From Candidatus Latescibacterota bacterium (lineage in GTDB: Bacteria > Latescibacterota > UBA2968 > UBA8231): a stretch of 64,000 nucleotides of DNA. The notes under the pieces are model-generated. The model saw nothing but the letters and a program-made list of their open reading frames with translations. It did not search any database and had not been told where the DNA came from. The position numbers and the translations under genes were made by a program. Numbering within the stretch: the stretch's first letter is position 1; each line of letters opens with the position of its first letter. This document shows, piece by piece, positions 19,050 to 28,466 of the stretch. The stretch spans positions 1,248,001 through 1,312,000 of the forward strand of contig CBDCXV010000010.1 of the NCBI GenBank assembly GCA_965223905.1, in the 5' to 3' direction.

Positions 19050-20256
19050 CCGGGACACCCCCCAGGTGCCCCATCACCCACAGTCGAGACAAGGTCCAGC
19101 CCTGGTCCGCTTTTTCCCTCATGCTCTCATCGACGACCACCGGGCGGACGGAAGTGCGGCCCGAGTTGGTTCGGGACACGGCGAACAAACGCACGCGGTC
19201 ATCCTGCAATGGAAGCCCATCCAGAACCAGCGGATTGTGCGTCGTCAGCAGGATCTGTCGTGGCTCTTCTGCTTCCAGGTACCACCGGCACAAATGCTCC
19301 ATCAAGGACCGGGCCAACCTTGGATTCAATCCGTGATCGGCATTGTCTACCGCACATAGTCGGGGACTTTGTTTATGTCCTGAAATCACTGCGAGAAACA
19401 GAACGTACAAGGCGCCTTCAGAAGCATCGTACCCCGATATAATGTTTCGCCCCTTTCGCATGAATCTGTCCCGAAAGCGGATCACGGAATCCGATGCTGC
19501 AGCAGCTGGAGAGAGAGCCAATTTGGCTGAAGATGTAAACCCATAGCTCTCCGCCCAATCGACAAGCCTCAGGGCCTCCCTGCAAATCTGTTTACTGTTT
19601 TGATCCTCTCCACTTTGATCCTCTCCACGTTGTTTAAGTAGCTCCTTTATTGCTTGCGGCAGGTTCCCGCCAGACAAGCCTAAGGGCTGTCTTGGTTGCG
19701 TTTCCGGTGCAACACCGCGCAATACAGGTGTTGTCGGGGAAAAAATGACATAGTCCTGCAACAACCTTAAGAGATCCAGAGCGGCACCGCTGTCGACTTC
19801 CACGGCCTTCAGTGCAGCCAGTCCCCGTTCGGGATTGGTTTTTTGGGCTTGTGCGGGAGAACGATCAAAATTCTCAATGCCGTCACCTTCCCACCGCTCT
19901 GTCTTGAATTTCCAGGCCGGCGCCGGATCATTAAGCGGATTGTGCAGGGAAACTTCGTAATTCGCTCGCGCGTTTTGCCCTCCGAAATACAGATGTGGAG
20001 GGATTTTATTTCCCGGTCTTCCGGGGAAGGCGGACTTGTAAAGAGCGGGAAGGCCGGGACGGACACCTCGGGCCAACAAGCTTTGATCGTCGACCTTGCC
20101 GTCCGAGGCCGCAGAGAGAACTCCCAAGGCCTCGAGCAAGTTGCTTTTTCCGCTGCCGTTGGCGCCGATGAAGACATTGACTAGTCCCAAGTCGACGGTC
20201 ACGTCCTCCAGGGACTTGAATGTCCTGACGGTTAGAGTCTCGAGCACTTGTCGCAT
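19042..20256 (-). CDS. AAA_21-type ABC ATPase (defence-associated type)
   Basis: FKSL..VTVDLGLVNVFIGANGSGKSNLLEAL, ASEGAL signature, AVDNADHGLNPR, LTTHNPLVLD; start MRQVLETL at 20256. Confidence 0.85.
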   Translation of the reverse strand: MRQVLETLTVRTFKSLEDVTVDLGLVNVFIGANGSGKSNLLEALGVLSAASDGKVDDQSLLARGVRPGLPALYKSAFPGRPGNKIPPHLYFGGQNARANYEVSLHNPLNDPAPAWKFKTERWEGDGIENFDRSPAQAQKTNPERGLAALKAVEVDSGAALDLLRLLQDYVIFSPTTPVLRGVAPETQPRQPLGLSGGNLPQAIKELLKQRGEDQSGEDQNSKQICREALRLVDWAESYGFTSSAKLALSPAAAASDSVIRFRDRFMRKGRNIISGYDASEGALYVLFLAVISGHKQSPRLCAVDNADHGLNPRLARSLMEHLCRWYLEAEEPRQILLTTHNPLVLDGLPLQDDRVRLFAVSRTNSGRTSVRPVVVDESMREKADQGWTLSRLWVMGHLGGVPDV

Positions 20257-20505
20257 CTCAGATCCTGTTGCTCCTGGGCACGAAATCACCGGGCCTGGAC
20301 TTTACGCTCTCACTGCCCATTGTGTCTCCCAAGGTAAAGATAGCACGGGGGTAGGCAAGGATTTCAGGAGCGCTCTTCCCGTCCTTTCCGCCAGTATATC
20401 CAGGCGCAAAAACAGCTTGCAGCGCGCCAATAGCTTGCGGTGGCAAAGCTTGAGTTCAGCAGAAGATCCGCAGGCGAGGCGATCACTCCATTCCCGGGAA
20501 ATCCG

Positions 20506-21561
20506 CTAACTCCAGGCCTCCCTGAGCAGGCGGATCCAGTTGCCGTGCATGATCCCGGCGATGTCGGCGGCGCTGTAGCCCCGCTCCTCGAGCAGGGCGG
20601 GGATGCGCTGCAGGTCGGCTATGGTGTCGATGTCGGCCGGGCTCTGCTCCTTGCCGTAGCCGCCGTCGAGGTCGGTGCCGATGGCGGCGTGACCGGCGTT
20701 GCCCGCCACCTGGCAGACGTGGTCGATGTGGTCGACCACCGTCTCAAGCGTGATGCCGGTGTTGTCGACCACCTGCCTGTCCCAGCGGGGGGACAGCATC
20801 CAGTCGTCGAAGGCGGTGCCGATGACGCCGCCGCGCTCGACCAGCGCCTTTATCTGCCGGTCGTCGAGCTGGCGGTCGTGGTCGCACAGGGCGCGGCAGC
20901 AGTTGTGGGTGGCGATGACGCGCCCTCCGAAAACCTCGAGCGCCTCCCAGAACGCCTGCTCCGCGAGGTGGCTGACGTCGAGGATCATGCCGGCTTCCTG
21001 CAGCGCCCCGAGCATCGGCGCCCCCCTCGGGGTGAGGCCGCCGGGCGCCTGGGTGCCGTGGGAGTAGGAGCTGATCCCGTAGTGGCAGAGGCTGACGATG
21101 CGCAGGCCCTCGTCCCACCATTCCGCCACCTGCTCCTCGCCGACGATGCCGTCGGCCCCCTCCATCGAGAGCACGAAACCGAGCGGCGCCGAGGCGCTGT
21201 CCCGCTCCCAATCCCGCAGGTGGGCGTCGAGGCCGGCGGCGTCGCGGATCTGTCTGAGAACCCCCTTCGCCTCCATGAGCCGGTAGTAGGCGACCTCGCC
21301 GCGGCACTTGGCGTAGGCGATGTCCTGGGTGCGCACCCCGGGGAAGCGCTTCCCCACGGAGGCCAGGCGGCTGTGGCAGGTGGCCACGAAGAGGCCGATC
21401 TCGCCGCGGCGCAGCTCGTCGAAGCAGACCACGTTGAGGCCGCGCCCCTTGCCGGCCATCCCGGCTTCGGACTCCCGTATCGCCGCGATCGGCTGCAGCA
21501 GGTCGCGGTTCCACTCCAGGGCGTTGTAGGCGATATCGAGGTGTGAATCGACGATCAGCAT
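20506..21561 (-). CDS. Membrane/renal dipeptidase family protein (peptidase M19)
   Basis: Start MLIVDSHLD; SMEGAD, ILDVSHL, ATHNCC, HIDHVCQVAG, IGTDLDGG, IMHGNWIR. Confidence 0.88.
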   Translation of the reverse strand: MLIVDSHLDIAYNALEWNRDLLQPIAAIRESEAGMAGKGRGLNVVCFDELRRGEIGLFVATCHSRLASVGKRFPGVRTQDIAYAKCRGEVAYYRLMEAKGVLRQIRDAAGLDAHLRDWERDSASAPLGFVLSMEGADGIVGEEQVAEWWDEGLRIVSLCHYGISSYSHGTQAPGGLTPRGAPMLGALQEAGMILDVSHLAEQAFWEALEVFGGRVIATHNCCRALCDHDRQLDDRQIKALVERGGVIGTAFDDWMLSPRWDRQVVDNTGITLETVVDHIDHVCQVAGNAGHAAIGTDLDGGYGKEQSPADIDTIADLQRIPALLEERGYSAADIAGIMHGNWIRLLREAWS

Positions 21562-21598
21562 GGGGGGCACTCCAGAAGGTTGGGTTCTGTGGATACGG

Positions 21599-22564
21599 TC
21601 AGCGGGATCGCGGAACCGCCAGCTCGGCGAGCAGCTCCCCCCAGCTGCGCCGTTCCCGCTCCGGATCGACCAGCGCGGCCCGCTCGGAGCAGTGCCGGCG
21701 CAGCCGGCGCAGGAACAGATCATCTTTTTCGCAGCGCAGCATAAGGTCGGCGAGGGCGCGGGTGTCTCCGACCGGGAAGTACCCGGGGTAGTCCTCGCCG
21801 AGGATGCCCACCGACCCGTCGATGCGGGTGGAAAGCACCGGCACCCCGCAGGCGATGGCCTCGCAGACGACGTGGGCGCCCCCCTCCATTTCCGAGGTCA
21901 GCACGAGCGCGCGGCTGCGGGCGATCTCGCGCACCGCGCGCCAGCGCGGCAGCTCCCCGAGCCAGCGGTAGCGCCGGTTTTCCCGCTGCTCCCGCAGCGC
22001 CCGGACCGCCATGTCGTCGCTGAGCGCGGCGCCGGCATGGCGCACCCGGATGCGCGAGCCGGGCGGCAGCAGGCGGCTGGCCTCGGCGGCGCGGAACGGG
22101 TCCTTGACCGGGCGCAGGTGGCCGACCACGGAGAGGTTGAAGGTGCGGGCCCGCGAGGAGGGTTCGCGGCTCGGAGGAACGATCGACTGGTAGATGACGC
22201 GGGCCCGGCCCCGGAACCGCTCGGGCAGGGCCGCGGCTCCCAGCTCCTGCAGTACGACGCAGCGGTCGGCCAGCTCGAGGGATCTCCGCGCCTCGGGATC
22301 GGTTTGGATGTCGCGGTAGAGGTCGGTGCCGGTCAGCGCCAGGACGATGGGCCGTTCCGGGTGGGCCGCGGCGAAGCGCGCCAGGGACGCGGCCGAACGC
22401 CGCGCGTGCAGCGCCACCAGCAGGTCGCAGTGCTGGCGCCCGAACTCCTCGGCCACGGCGACGGTGTGGCCGAGCTCCCGCAGGATGCGCCGCCAGCGCA
22501 TCGCCGTGACCCGGTTCCCCTTGCGCGAGCCGGGGGGCGCCGGCGTTACGATCAGGATCCTCAC
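21599..22564 (-). CDS. senB: Selenoneine biosynthesis selenosugar synthase (TIGR04348-type glycosyltransferase)
   Basis: GNRVTAMRWRRIL, LVALHARRS, LTGTDLY, GHLRPVKDP, SEMEGGAHVVCEA, LGEDYPGYFPVGD; adjacent to an EgtB homologue and selD. Confidence 0.9.
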   Translation of the reverse strand: MRILIVTPAPPGSRKGNRVTAMRWRRILRELGHTVAVAEEFGRQHCDLLVALHARRSAASLARFAAAHPERPIVLALTGTDLYRDIQTDPEARRSLELADRCVVLQELGAAALPERFRGRARVIYQSIVPPSREPSSRARTFNLSVVGHLRPVKDPFRAAEASRLLPPGSRIRVRHAGAALSDDMAVRALREQRENRRYRWLGELPRWRAVREIARSRALVLTSEMEGGAHVVCEAIACGVPVLSTRIDGSVGILGEDYPGYFPVGDTRALADLMLRCEKDDLFLRRLRRHCSERAALVDPERERRSWGELLAELAVPRSR

Positions 22565-22730
22565 GGGGCTCGCAGCTCCCGGCGCCGGTGGAGTCCCGGG
22601 GCCGCCAGGCTCTGAGGGCCGGCGCTCTCCCCGGGAGCGGCAAATCCGGGGAACCCAGGTAGCCGCTCCGGGCGGCTATTCAGACTGCCGGGACACCCCG
22701 TTGCGCCTCCCCCGGGCAGCCGGTCCGCGG

Positions 22731-24037
22731 TCACGGGGCGCACGTGCGGAACCCGGTGAGGACGTCGCCGCGGTCCGGGGTCTGGAAGTTGCGGTAGTTG
22801 CTGCGGATCAGCCGCGAGCGCGTCGCCCAGCAGCCGCCGCGCATCACCTTGCGGGTGCCGAACCAGGGCTCGGAGTAATCCTTGTAGGGATCCGGAGTGA
22901 ATCCCGGGAAGGGCTGGAAATCGGAGCTCGTCCACTCCCAGACGTTGCCGATCATCTGGCGGCAGCCGTGAGCGCTGTCGCCGCCGGGGTATGCGCCGAC
23001 GTCGACGGTGCCCATGCCGCGCCAGTCGAGGTTGGCGAGGTCGGGCGCCGGCGGGCGGTCGCCCCAGGGATAACGGCGCTTGGCCGCGCCGTTACCGGGA
23101 CCGCGCGGTCCCGGCTCGGTAGTGGCCGCGGCCTCCCACTCCGCTTCGGCCGGCAGGCGCCTGCCGGCCCAGCGGCAGTACGCGTCCGCCTCGAACCAGT
23201 TGACGTGGATGACCGCCTTGTCCGGCTCGAGCGGCACCCAGGAATCGAAGTGCCGGCGCTCCCATCCGCGGCCCGCCCGGCGAAAGTAGCGGTGGCCGGC
23301 CGCGTCGCTTTGCTGCCGCCACCCCAGCCTTCGTCGCACCAGTGCTCCGGCTTCCCGTAGCCGTCGTCGTCGACGAAGGCGGCGTACTCCGCCTGGGTGA
23401 CGCAGGCGCGGGCGATGCGGAAGGGCTCGAGCTCCACCGCGAACGCCCACTTCTCGTTGTCGAACACGAACGGCTCCTCCGGCGTCGACCCGAGCATGAA
23501 GGAGCCCCCCGGGATCTCGACGTCCCCCGGCAGGGGGCCGCCCCCGGGAATTCCGGTCCCGTCGAGGCCGGTCAGCTGCGGCCGCGGGTAGCCGTGGGTC
23601 TGGCGCGTGTACGTGAACGCCTCGGTGTGCATGTCCTCGTGCAGGGTGCTGTAGAGTGCGTGGTAAAGCAGCTCTTCGGAAGGGCCGCCGGCGAGGTGCC
23701 GCAGCAAGCGGTCGCGGACCTCGCGCATGTACTCGAGGGTCTCTTCGCGCGAGGGCAGCGGCAGGTCCCAGCGCGTGTCGTGGGCGATCTCCATCGAGTC
23801 GTAGAGGGCGTCCTCGTCCTCGCGGACGGGGCGCTCGCCGCAGGCGTGCCGGAGCGCCCACAGCGACTGGAACCAGGCGTGGTGCCCCATCTCCCAGAGG
23901 CCGGGGTTGACGGTGGAAAGCTCCGGGCCCATCAGCTGCCCGTCGCTGAGGTCGCCGACGAGCTCGAAGGTGCGCTCCCTGGCGTCTCGCACCCAATCGG
24001 CAAGCTCTTCGGGGGACGCCAGCTGTCGGACGGACAT
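22731..24037 (-). CDS. senA: Selenoneine synthase SenA (EgtB/sulfoxide-synthase homologue), -1 frameshift near 23322
   Basis: DinB-like N-terminus NPGLWEMGHHAWFQ and HEDMHTEAF, FVFDNEKWA; after one missing base in a G run, FGE-sulfatase domain HVNWFEADAYCRWAGRRLP.EAEWE...GNVWEW...YKDYSEPWFG. Confidence 0.85.
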
Positions 24038-24087
24038 GGTTCCTTCCCTGTTGCTGTTCCTGTTGCAGGGGTCGGGCGATTCCCGAT

Positions 24088-24133
24088 GCCCCCTGAGTGT
24101 AGTCAGTCCCCGGCTCGGGGCAACCGCGTTGCC
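24088..24133 (-). promoter_or_regulatory. Candidate sigma70 promoter of senA
   Basis: Minus strand TTGCCC-N16-TACACT about 60 nt upstream of the senA ATG. Confidence 0.4.
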
Positions 24134-24205
24134 TCGGGGCGGCGACCTGAATAAGTTGTCGCCCGCACCGAATAGACCCCCACATCGACGAACCGACGGA
24201 TACCC

Positions 24206-25261
24206 ATGGCGCTGCACTCAAAAGAGAAGACCCTGACCAGCCTCGCCAAGACCTGCGGGTGAGCGGCCAAGGCGAGCCCGGTCGGGCTCGAGAAGCTGTT
24301 GGCCGGCCTGCCGCGCAAGTCGGACCCCAACCTGCTGGTCGGATTCGAGACCAGCGACGACGCCGGGGTCTACCGGCTCGGGGACGACACCGCCATCGTC
24401 GTCACCGCGGACTTCATCACGCCGCCGGTCGACGACCCGTTCACCTTCGGCCAGATCGGCGCCGCCAACTCCCTGAGCGACGTCTACGCCATGGGGGGGC
24501 GGCCGGTCGCATGCCTCAACCTGATCGGGTTTCCCGAGGAGGATCTCGGCCCCGAAGTGCTGCACGGAATCGTCGAGGGGGCGTTGAGCAAGATCACCGA
24601 GGCGGGGGCGGTGCTGGCCGGCGGCCACACCACCAACGACGACGAGCCGAAGTTCGGGCTCTCGGTAACCGGGGTGGTGCACCCGGACAGGTACTGGCGC
24701 AACGCCGGGGCCCGGCCCGGGGACGCGCTGATACTGACCAAGCCGATCGGCAGCGGCGTGATCTTCAACGCCAACCTCAGGAACGCGCTCCCGGCAGCCG
24801 CCCTGAACCGGACCCTGGCGGTGCTGACCGAGCTGAACAGGACCGCGGCCGAGACCCTGGCCCGGTTCGACGTGCACGCGGCGACCGACATCACCGGCTT
24901 CGGGCTCGCCGGGCACGCCCTGGAGATGGCCAAAGGCTCCGGGGTTACCCTGGAAATCGACGTCGACTCGGTGCCGACCCTGCCGGAAGCGCTGGAGATG
25001 TACGAGCGCGGCATCACCACCGGGGCCAACGCCGAGAACCGGGCGCAGGTCGGGGAGGCCGCCCTGTACGAGAAGGAGCTGCCGGGAAAACAGGGCGAGA
25101 TCCTGGTCGACCCGCAGACCAGCGGCGGCCTGTTCGCCGCGGTTCCCGAGGCCCAGGCCGGGGCCGCGGTCGAGGCCCTGCAGCAGGCCGGCGTGGAAAC
25201 CGCCTGCATCGTCGGCCGCGCCGTCAGCCTGTCGCCGCCGCATTACCTGAAGTTCCAGTAG
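24206..25261 (+). CDS. selD: Selenophosphate synthetase, selenocysteine-containing form (SenC role)
   Basis: ATG 24206 MALHSKEKTLTSLAKTCG-U(TGA 24260-62)-AAK is in frame with SDDAGVY, TADFITP, AANSLSDVYAMGG, GGHT, TDITGFGL.GH and DPQTSGGL. Confidence 0.93.
24263..24290 (+). promoter_or_regulatory. Bacterial SECIS-like hairpin of selD
   Basis: CGAGCCC-GGTC-GGGCTCG stem-loop; G-initiated loop 17 nt after the UGA. Confidence 0.75.
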
Positions 25262-25343
25262 GGGACCGTTGGTCCTGCACCGTTTCCCCATCCAAAATCC
25301 ATATCGGATCCACATCATCACGCGTTATTAAAGGAGGACGAGA

Positions 25344-26203
25344 TTGAAACTTCGCAGGACCTGCTGTGCCCTGGCCATTGCCTTGGCGGGGCAGGCATCG
25401 GCCGCGGACATGTTCCGCTTCACGGCGATTCCCGATCAGAACACCGCCCGCCTCAAGGAGCGCTTCGACCGCGTCGCCGGATACCTGTCGGGCAAGCTGG
25501 GGATCTCGTCGAGTACATACCGGTCAAGTCGTACGCGGCCTCGGTGAACGCCTTCAAGAACGACGAGGTTCAGCTCGCCTGGTTCGGCGGACTGTCGGGG
25601 GTCAAGGCGCGGCGCGCCGTGCCCGGGTCGCAGGCGATCGCCCAGGGGGAGGAGGACCTGCAGTTCGTCACCTACTTCATCGCCAACGCCCGCACCGGCA
25701 TCGAGCCGGGGGAGGAGTTCCCCGCGGCGATCGCGGGCCGCACCTTCACCTTCGGTTCCAAGGGGTCCACTTCGGGGCGCCTGATGCCGGAGTTCTACAT
25801 CAGGCAGCATTTCGAGAAGGCGCCGGGCGAGGTCTTCAAGCGCGTCGGCTTCAGCGGCGACCACTCCAAGACCCTCGCCCTGGTGCAGTCGGGCAGCTAC
25901 GAGGCCGGGGCCCTGAACTTCAAGGTGTTCGACAAGGAGAAGGCGGCCGGCAACGTCGACTCGACCAAGGTGAGCGTCATCTGGCGCACCCCGGCCTACC
26001 CGGACTACAACTGGTCGATCCGCGGCGACGTCGAGGAGAAGTACGGCGAGGGCTTCATCGCCAAGGTCCGCGACGCCCTGCTGGCGCTCGACGACCGCGA
26101 GATCCTCGACCAGTTCCCGCGCACCCGCTTCATCGCCGCGGACAACTCGATGTACGGCCCCATACTCGAGACCGGGACCGCCATCGGCATCTTCGAGCAA
26201 TGA
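25344..26203 (+). CDS. PhnD-like ABC substrate-binding protein (putative selenate type), -1 frameshift near 25506
   Basis: SD AGGAGG + TTG; signal peptide; FTAIPDQN; after the indel VEYIPVKSYAASVNAF...LAWFGGLSGV, FTFGSKGSTSGRLMPE, FSGDHSKT, TPAYPDYNW. Confidence 0.8.
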
Positions 26204-26235
26204 GCCGGGCCATCCCGGCAGCGGCGTCCTGACCC

Positions 26236-26920
26236 GTGTACGATCTCCAAGACCTGAGCGTTGCCTACGAGGACACGCCGGTCCTGGCCGGCGTCTCCCT
26301 GCGCATCGGCGCCAGGGGAGAAGGTCGTCGTCATCGGCCCCAGCGGCGTCGGCAAGACGACCCTGCTGAAGAAGCTGTACGAGCTGCGCCAGGAGCAGTG
26401 CGCGTTCATTCACCAGGACTACGCGCTGGTGCCGCAGCTGTCGGCGTTCCACAACGTCTACATCGGCCGCCTCGACCAGCGCCCCACCACCAGGAACCTG
26501 CTGAACCTCATCCGTCCGGGGCGCGGCGAAATCGAGCAGATCCGGCCGATCTTCGCGGCCCTCGGCATGGAGGAGAAGATGTTCGAGCGGGTCAGCAATC
26601 TCTCGGGAGGGCAGCAGCAGCGGGTCGCGGTCGGCCGCGCCGTGTACCGCGGCTGCGACGTCATCCTCGGCGACGAACCGGTTTCCGCAATCGATCCGCT
26701 GCAGGCCGGGACCGTGCTGCAGCTGATCCGCGACAGCTCCGCCACCGTCGTCCTCGCCATGCACGACGTCAACCTGGCGCTGGCCCACTTCCCGCGCATC
26801 GTCGGGCTGCGCGAAGGGGGCCTCGCCTTCGACCTGCCGGCCGCCGACGTCGACGAGGGGATCCTCGCCGACCTCTACCGCAGCGAGGCAAGCGCAGTTC
26901 TGCCGCCGGCACTTTCGTAG
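26236..26920 (+). CDS. PhnC-like ABC ATPase, +1 frameshift near 26314
   Basis: YDLQDLSVAY...VLAGVSLRI joined to GEKVVVIGPSGVGKTT, LSGGQQQRVAVGRA, DEPVSAIDP, LAMHD. Confidence 0.8.
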
Positions 26921-26932
26921 AGACCGCCTCGG

Positions 26933-28432
26933 ATGCTGCGAACGAGTCTGCAGTTTGTCGGCGTCGCCCTGGTCTGCCTGGTCCTGGCCGACCTGGAGGT
27001 CACCACACTCGATCCCTGGCGCGAGCTGCAACGCATCGGCCTGGGGTTCCTGACCCCCGACCTGCCGGTCCTCTACACCTTCCGCGAAGCCCTCCTCAAC
27101 ACCGTCACCTTCGCCTTCTGCGGCATCTCCCTCGGCCTGGCCCTCGGCAGCGTCCTGGCCCTCTTCTTCCAGGTCACCGCGGTCAGGCTGTTCTGCGCCT
27201 TCATCCGCGCCATCCACGAGATCTTCTGGGCCTTCCTGTTCCTGCCGGTCGTCGGCCTCAACCCGATGTGCGGGGTGCTGGCCATCGGCATTCCCTACGC
27301 CGGCATCTTCGCCAAGGTGTTCGCCGAGATCATGCAGGAGGCGGACAACACGCCCCTGAAAGGCCTGCCCCTGCACACCCCTGGGCTGAGCAGGTTCTTC
27401 TACGGCGTGCTGCCGGTGATCTACGCCGACGTCAAGAACTACACCTCGTACCGGTTCGAGTGCGCCCTGCGCTCGAGCGCCATCCTCGGGTTCATCGGCC
27501 TGCCGACCCTGGGGTTCCACCTCGAGACCGCCTTCCGCGAAGGGCTCTACAGCGAGGCCCCGGCCCTCCTCTACGCCTTCTACCTGCTCATCGCCTCGCT
27601 GCGCTACTGGCTGAAGCCGAAGGTGGCGATCGCCTGCGCCGCGGCCTCGTTCGCCCTGATCTCGACGGAGATACACCTCTCCTGGCAGAACATCACCCGC
27701 TTCGCGACCTGGGAGATCCTGCCCTGGCCGATGCGGCGCGAGGGGTTCCTCGACGGCAGCGGCGAGGTCGCCTTCCCCGCGGGCAGGGTGTGGGATTGGG
27801 CTTTGAAGATCCTGTCGCAGGAAGCGCTGCCCGGGGTGTGGAACACGGTGCTGCTGACGCAGGTGGTTCTGGTGGGGACCGGGCTGTTCACCCTGGTCTT
27901 CTTCGGCGGCATCTGCCGCCACTTCGTCAGGACCAGGCTGTCGCGGGGGCTGGCCAACTACTTCCTCATCGTCATGAGGACGACGCCGGAGTACATCCTC
28001 GCCTACGTCTTCCTGCAGCTCTGGGGCCCGTCGATGCTGCCGGCCGTCCTCGCCATCACCCTGCACAACGGCGCCATCCTGTCGCACCTCACCGGCCAGA
28101 ACGCCAACCTCGTGAAGCTCGAGATCGACGCGGCCAAGAAGCGGGCGAACCGCTACCTGTTCGAGGTCCTGCCGCGGGTGTACGGGCAGTTCATGGCCTT
28201 CCTGTTCTACCGCTGGGAGGTGATGATGCGGGAGTCGGCCATCCTCGGGATTCTGGGGATCTCGACCCTCGGGTTCTTCATCGACAGCGCCATCGCCGAC
28301 GACAAGCTCGACAAGGCGGTGTTCCTGATCCTGGTGACCGCGGTGCTCAACATCGGCATCGACACGGTCTCGCAGAGGATCAGGAGGCGGCTGCGGGTGA
28401 GCACCGGGGCGGTGTTCACCTACCAGCGGTAG
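26933..28432 (+). CDS. PhnE/PtxC-like ABC permease with two fused domains
   Basis: Two copies of the permease pattern (RAIHEIFWA...YRFECALRSSAILGFIGLPTLG and RTTPEYILA...YRWEVMMRESAILGILG). Confidence 0.85.
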   Translation: MLRTSLQFVGVALVCLVLADLEVTTLDPWRELQRIGLGFLTPDLPVLYTFREALLNTVTFAFCGISLGLALGSVLALFFQVTAVRLFCAFIRAIHEIFWAFLFLPVVGLNPMCGVLAIGIPYAGIFAKVFAEIMQEADNTPLKGLPLHTPGLSRFFYGVLPVIYADVKNYTSYRFECALRSSAILGFIGLPTLGFHLETAFREGLYSEAPALLYAFYLLIASLRYWLKPKVAIACAAASFALISTEIHLSWQNITRFATWEILPWPMRREGFLDGSGEVAFPAGRVWDWALKILSQEALPGVWNTVLLTQVVLVGTGLFTLVFFGGICRHFVRTRLSRGLANYFLIVMRTTPEYILAYVFLQLWGPSMLPAVLAITLHNGAILSHLTGQNANLVKLEIDAAKKRANRYLFEVLPRVYGQFMAFLFYRWEVMMRESAILGILGISTLGFFIDSAIADDKLDKAVFLILVTAVLNIGIDTVSQRIRRRLRVSTGAVFTYQR

Positions 28433-28466
28433 GCGGGCGCCGGGGGCGCAGCCCCCGGCATCGCTC

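Noticed and set aside
22565-22730. GC-rich inverted repeats between senA and senB
   Set aside because: REP/terminator-like stems with no further support; not assignable.
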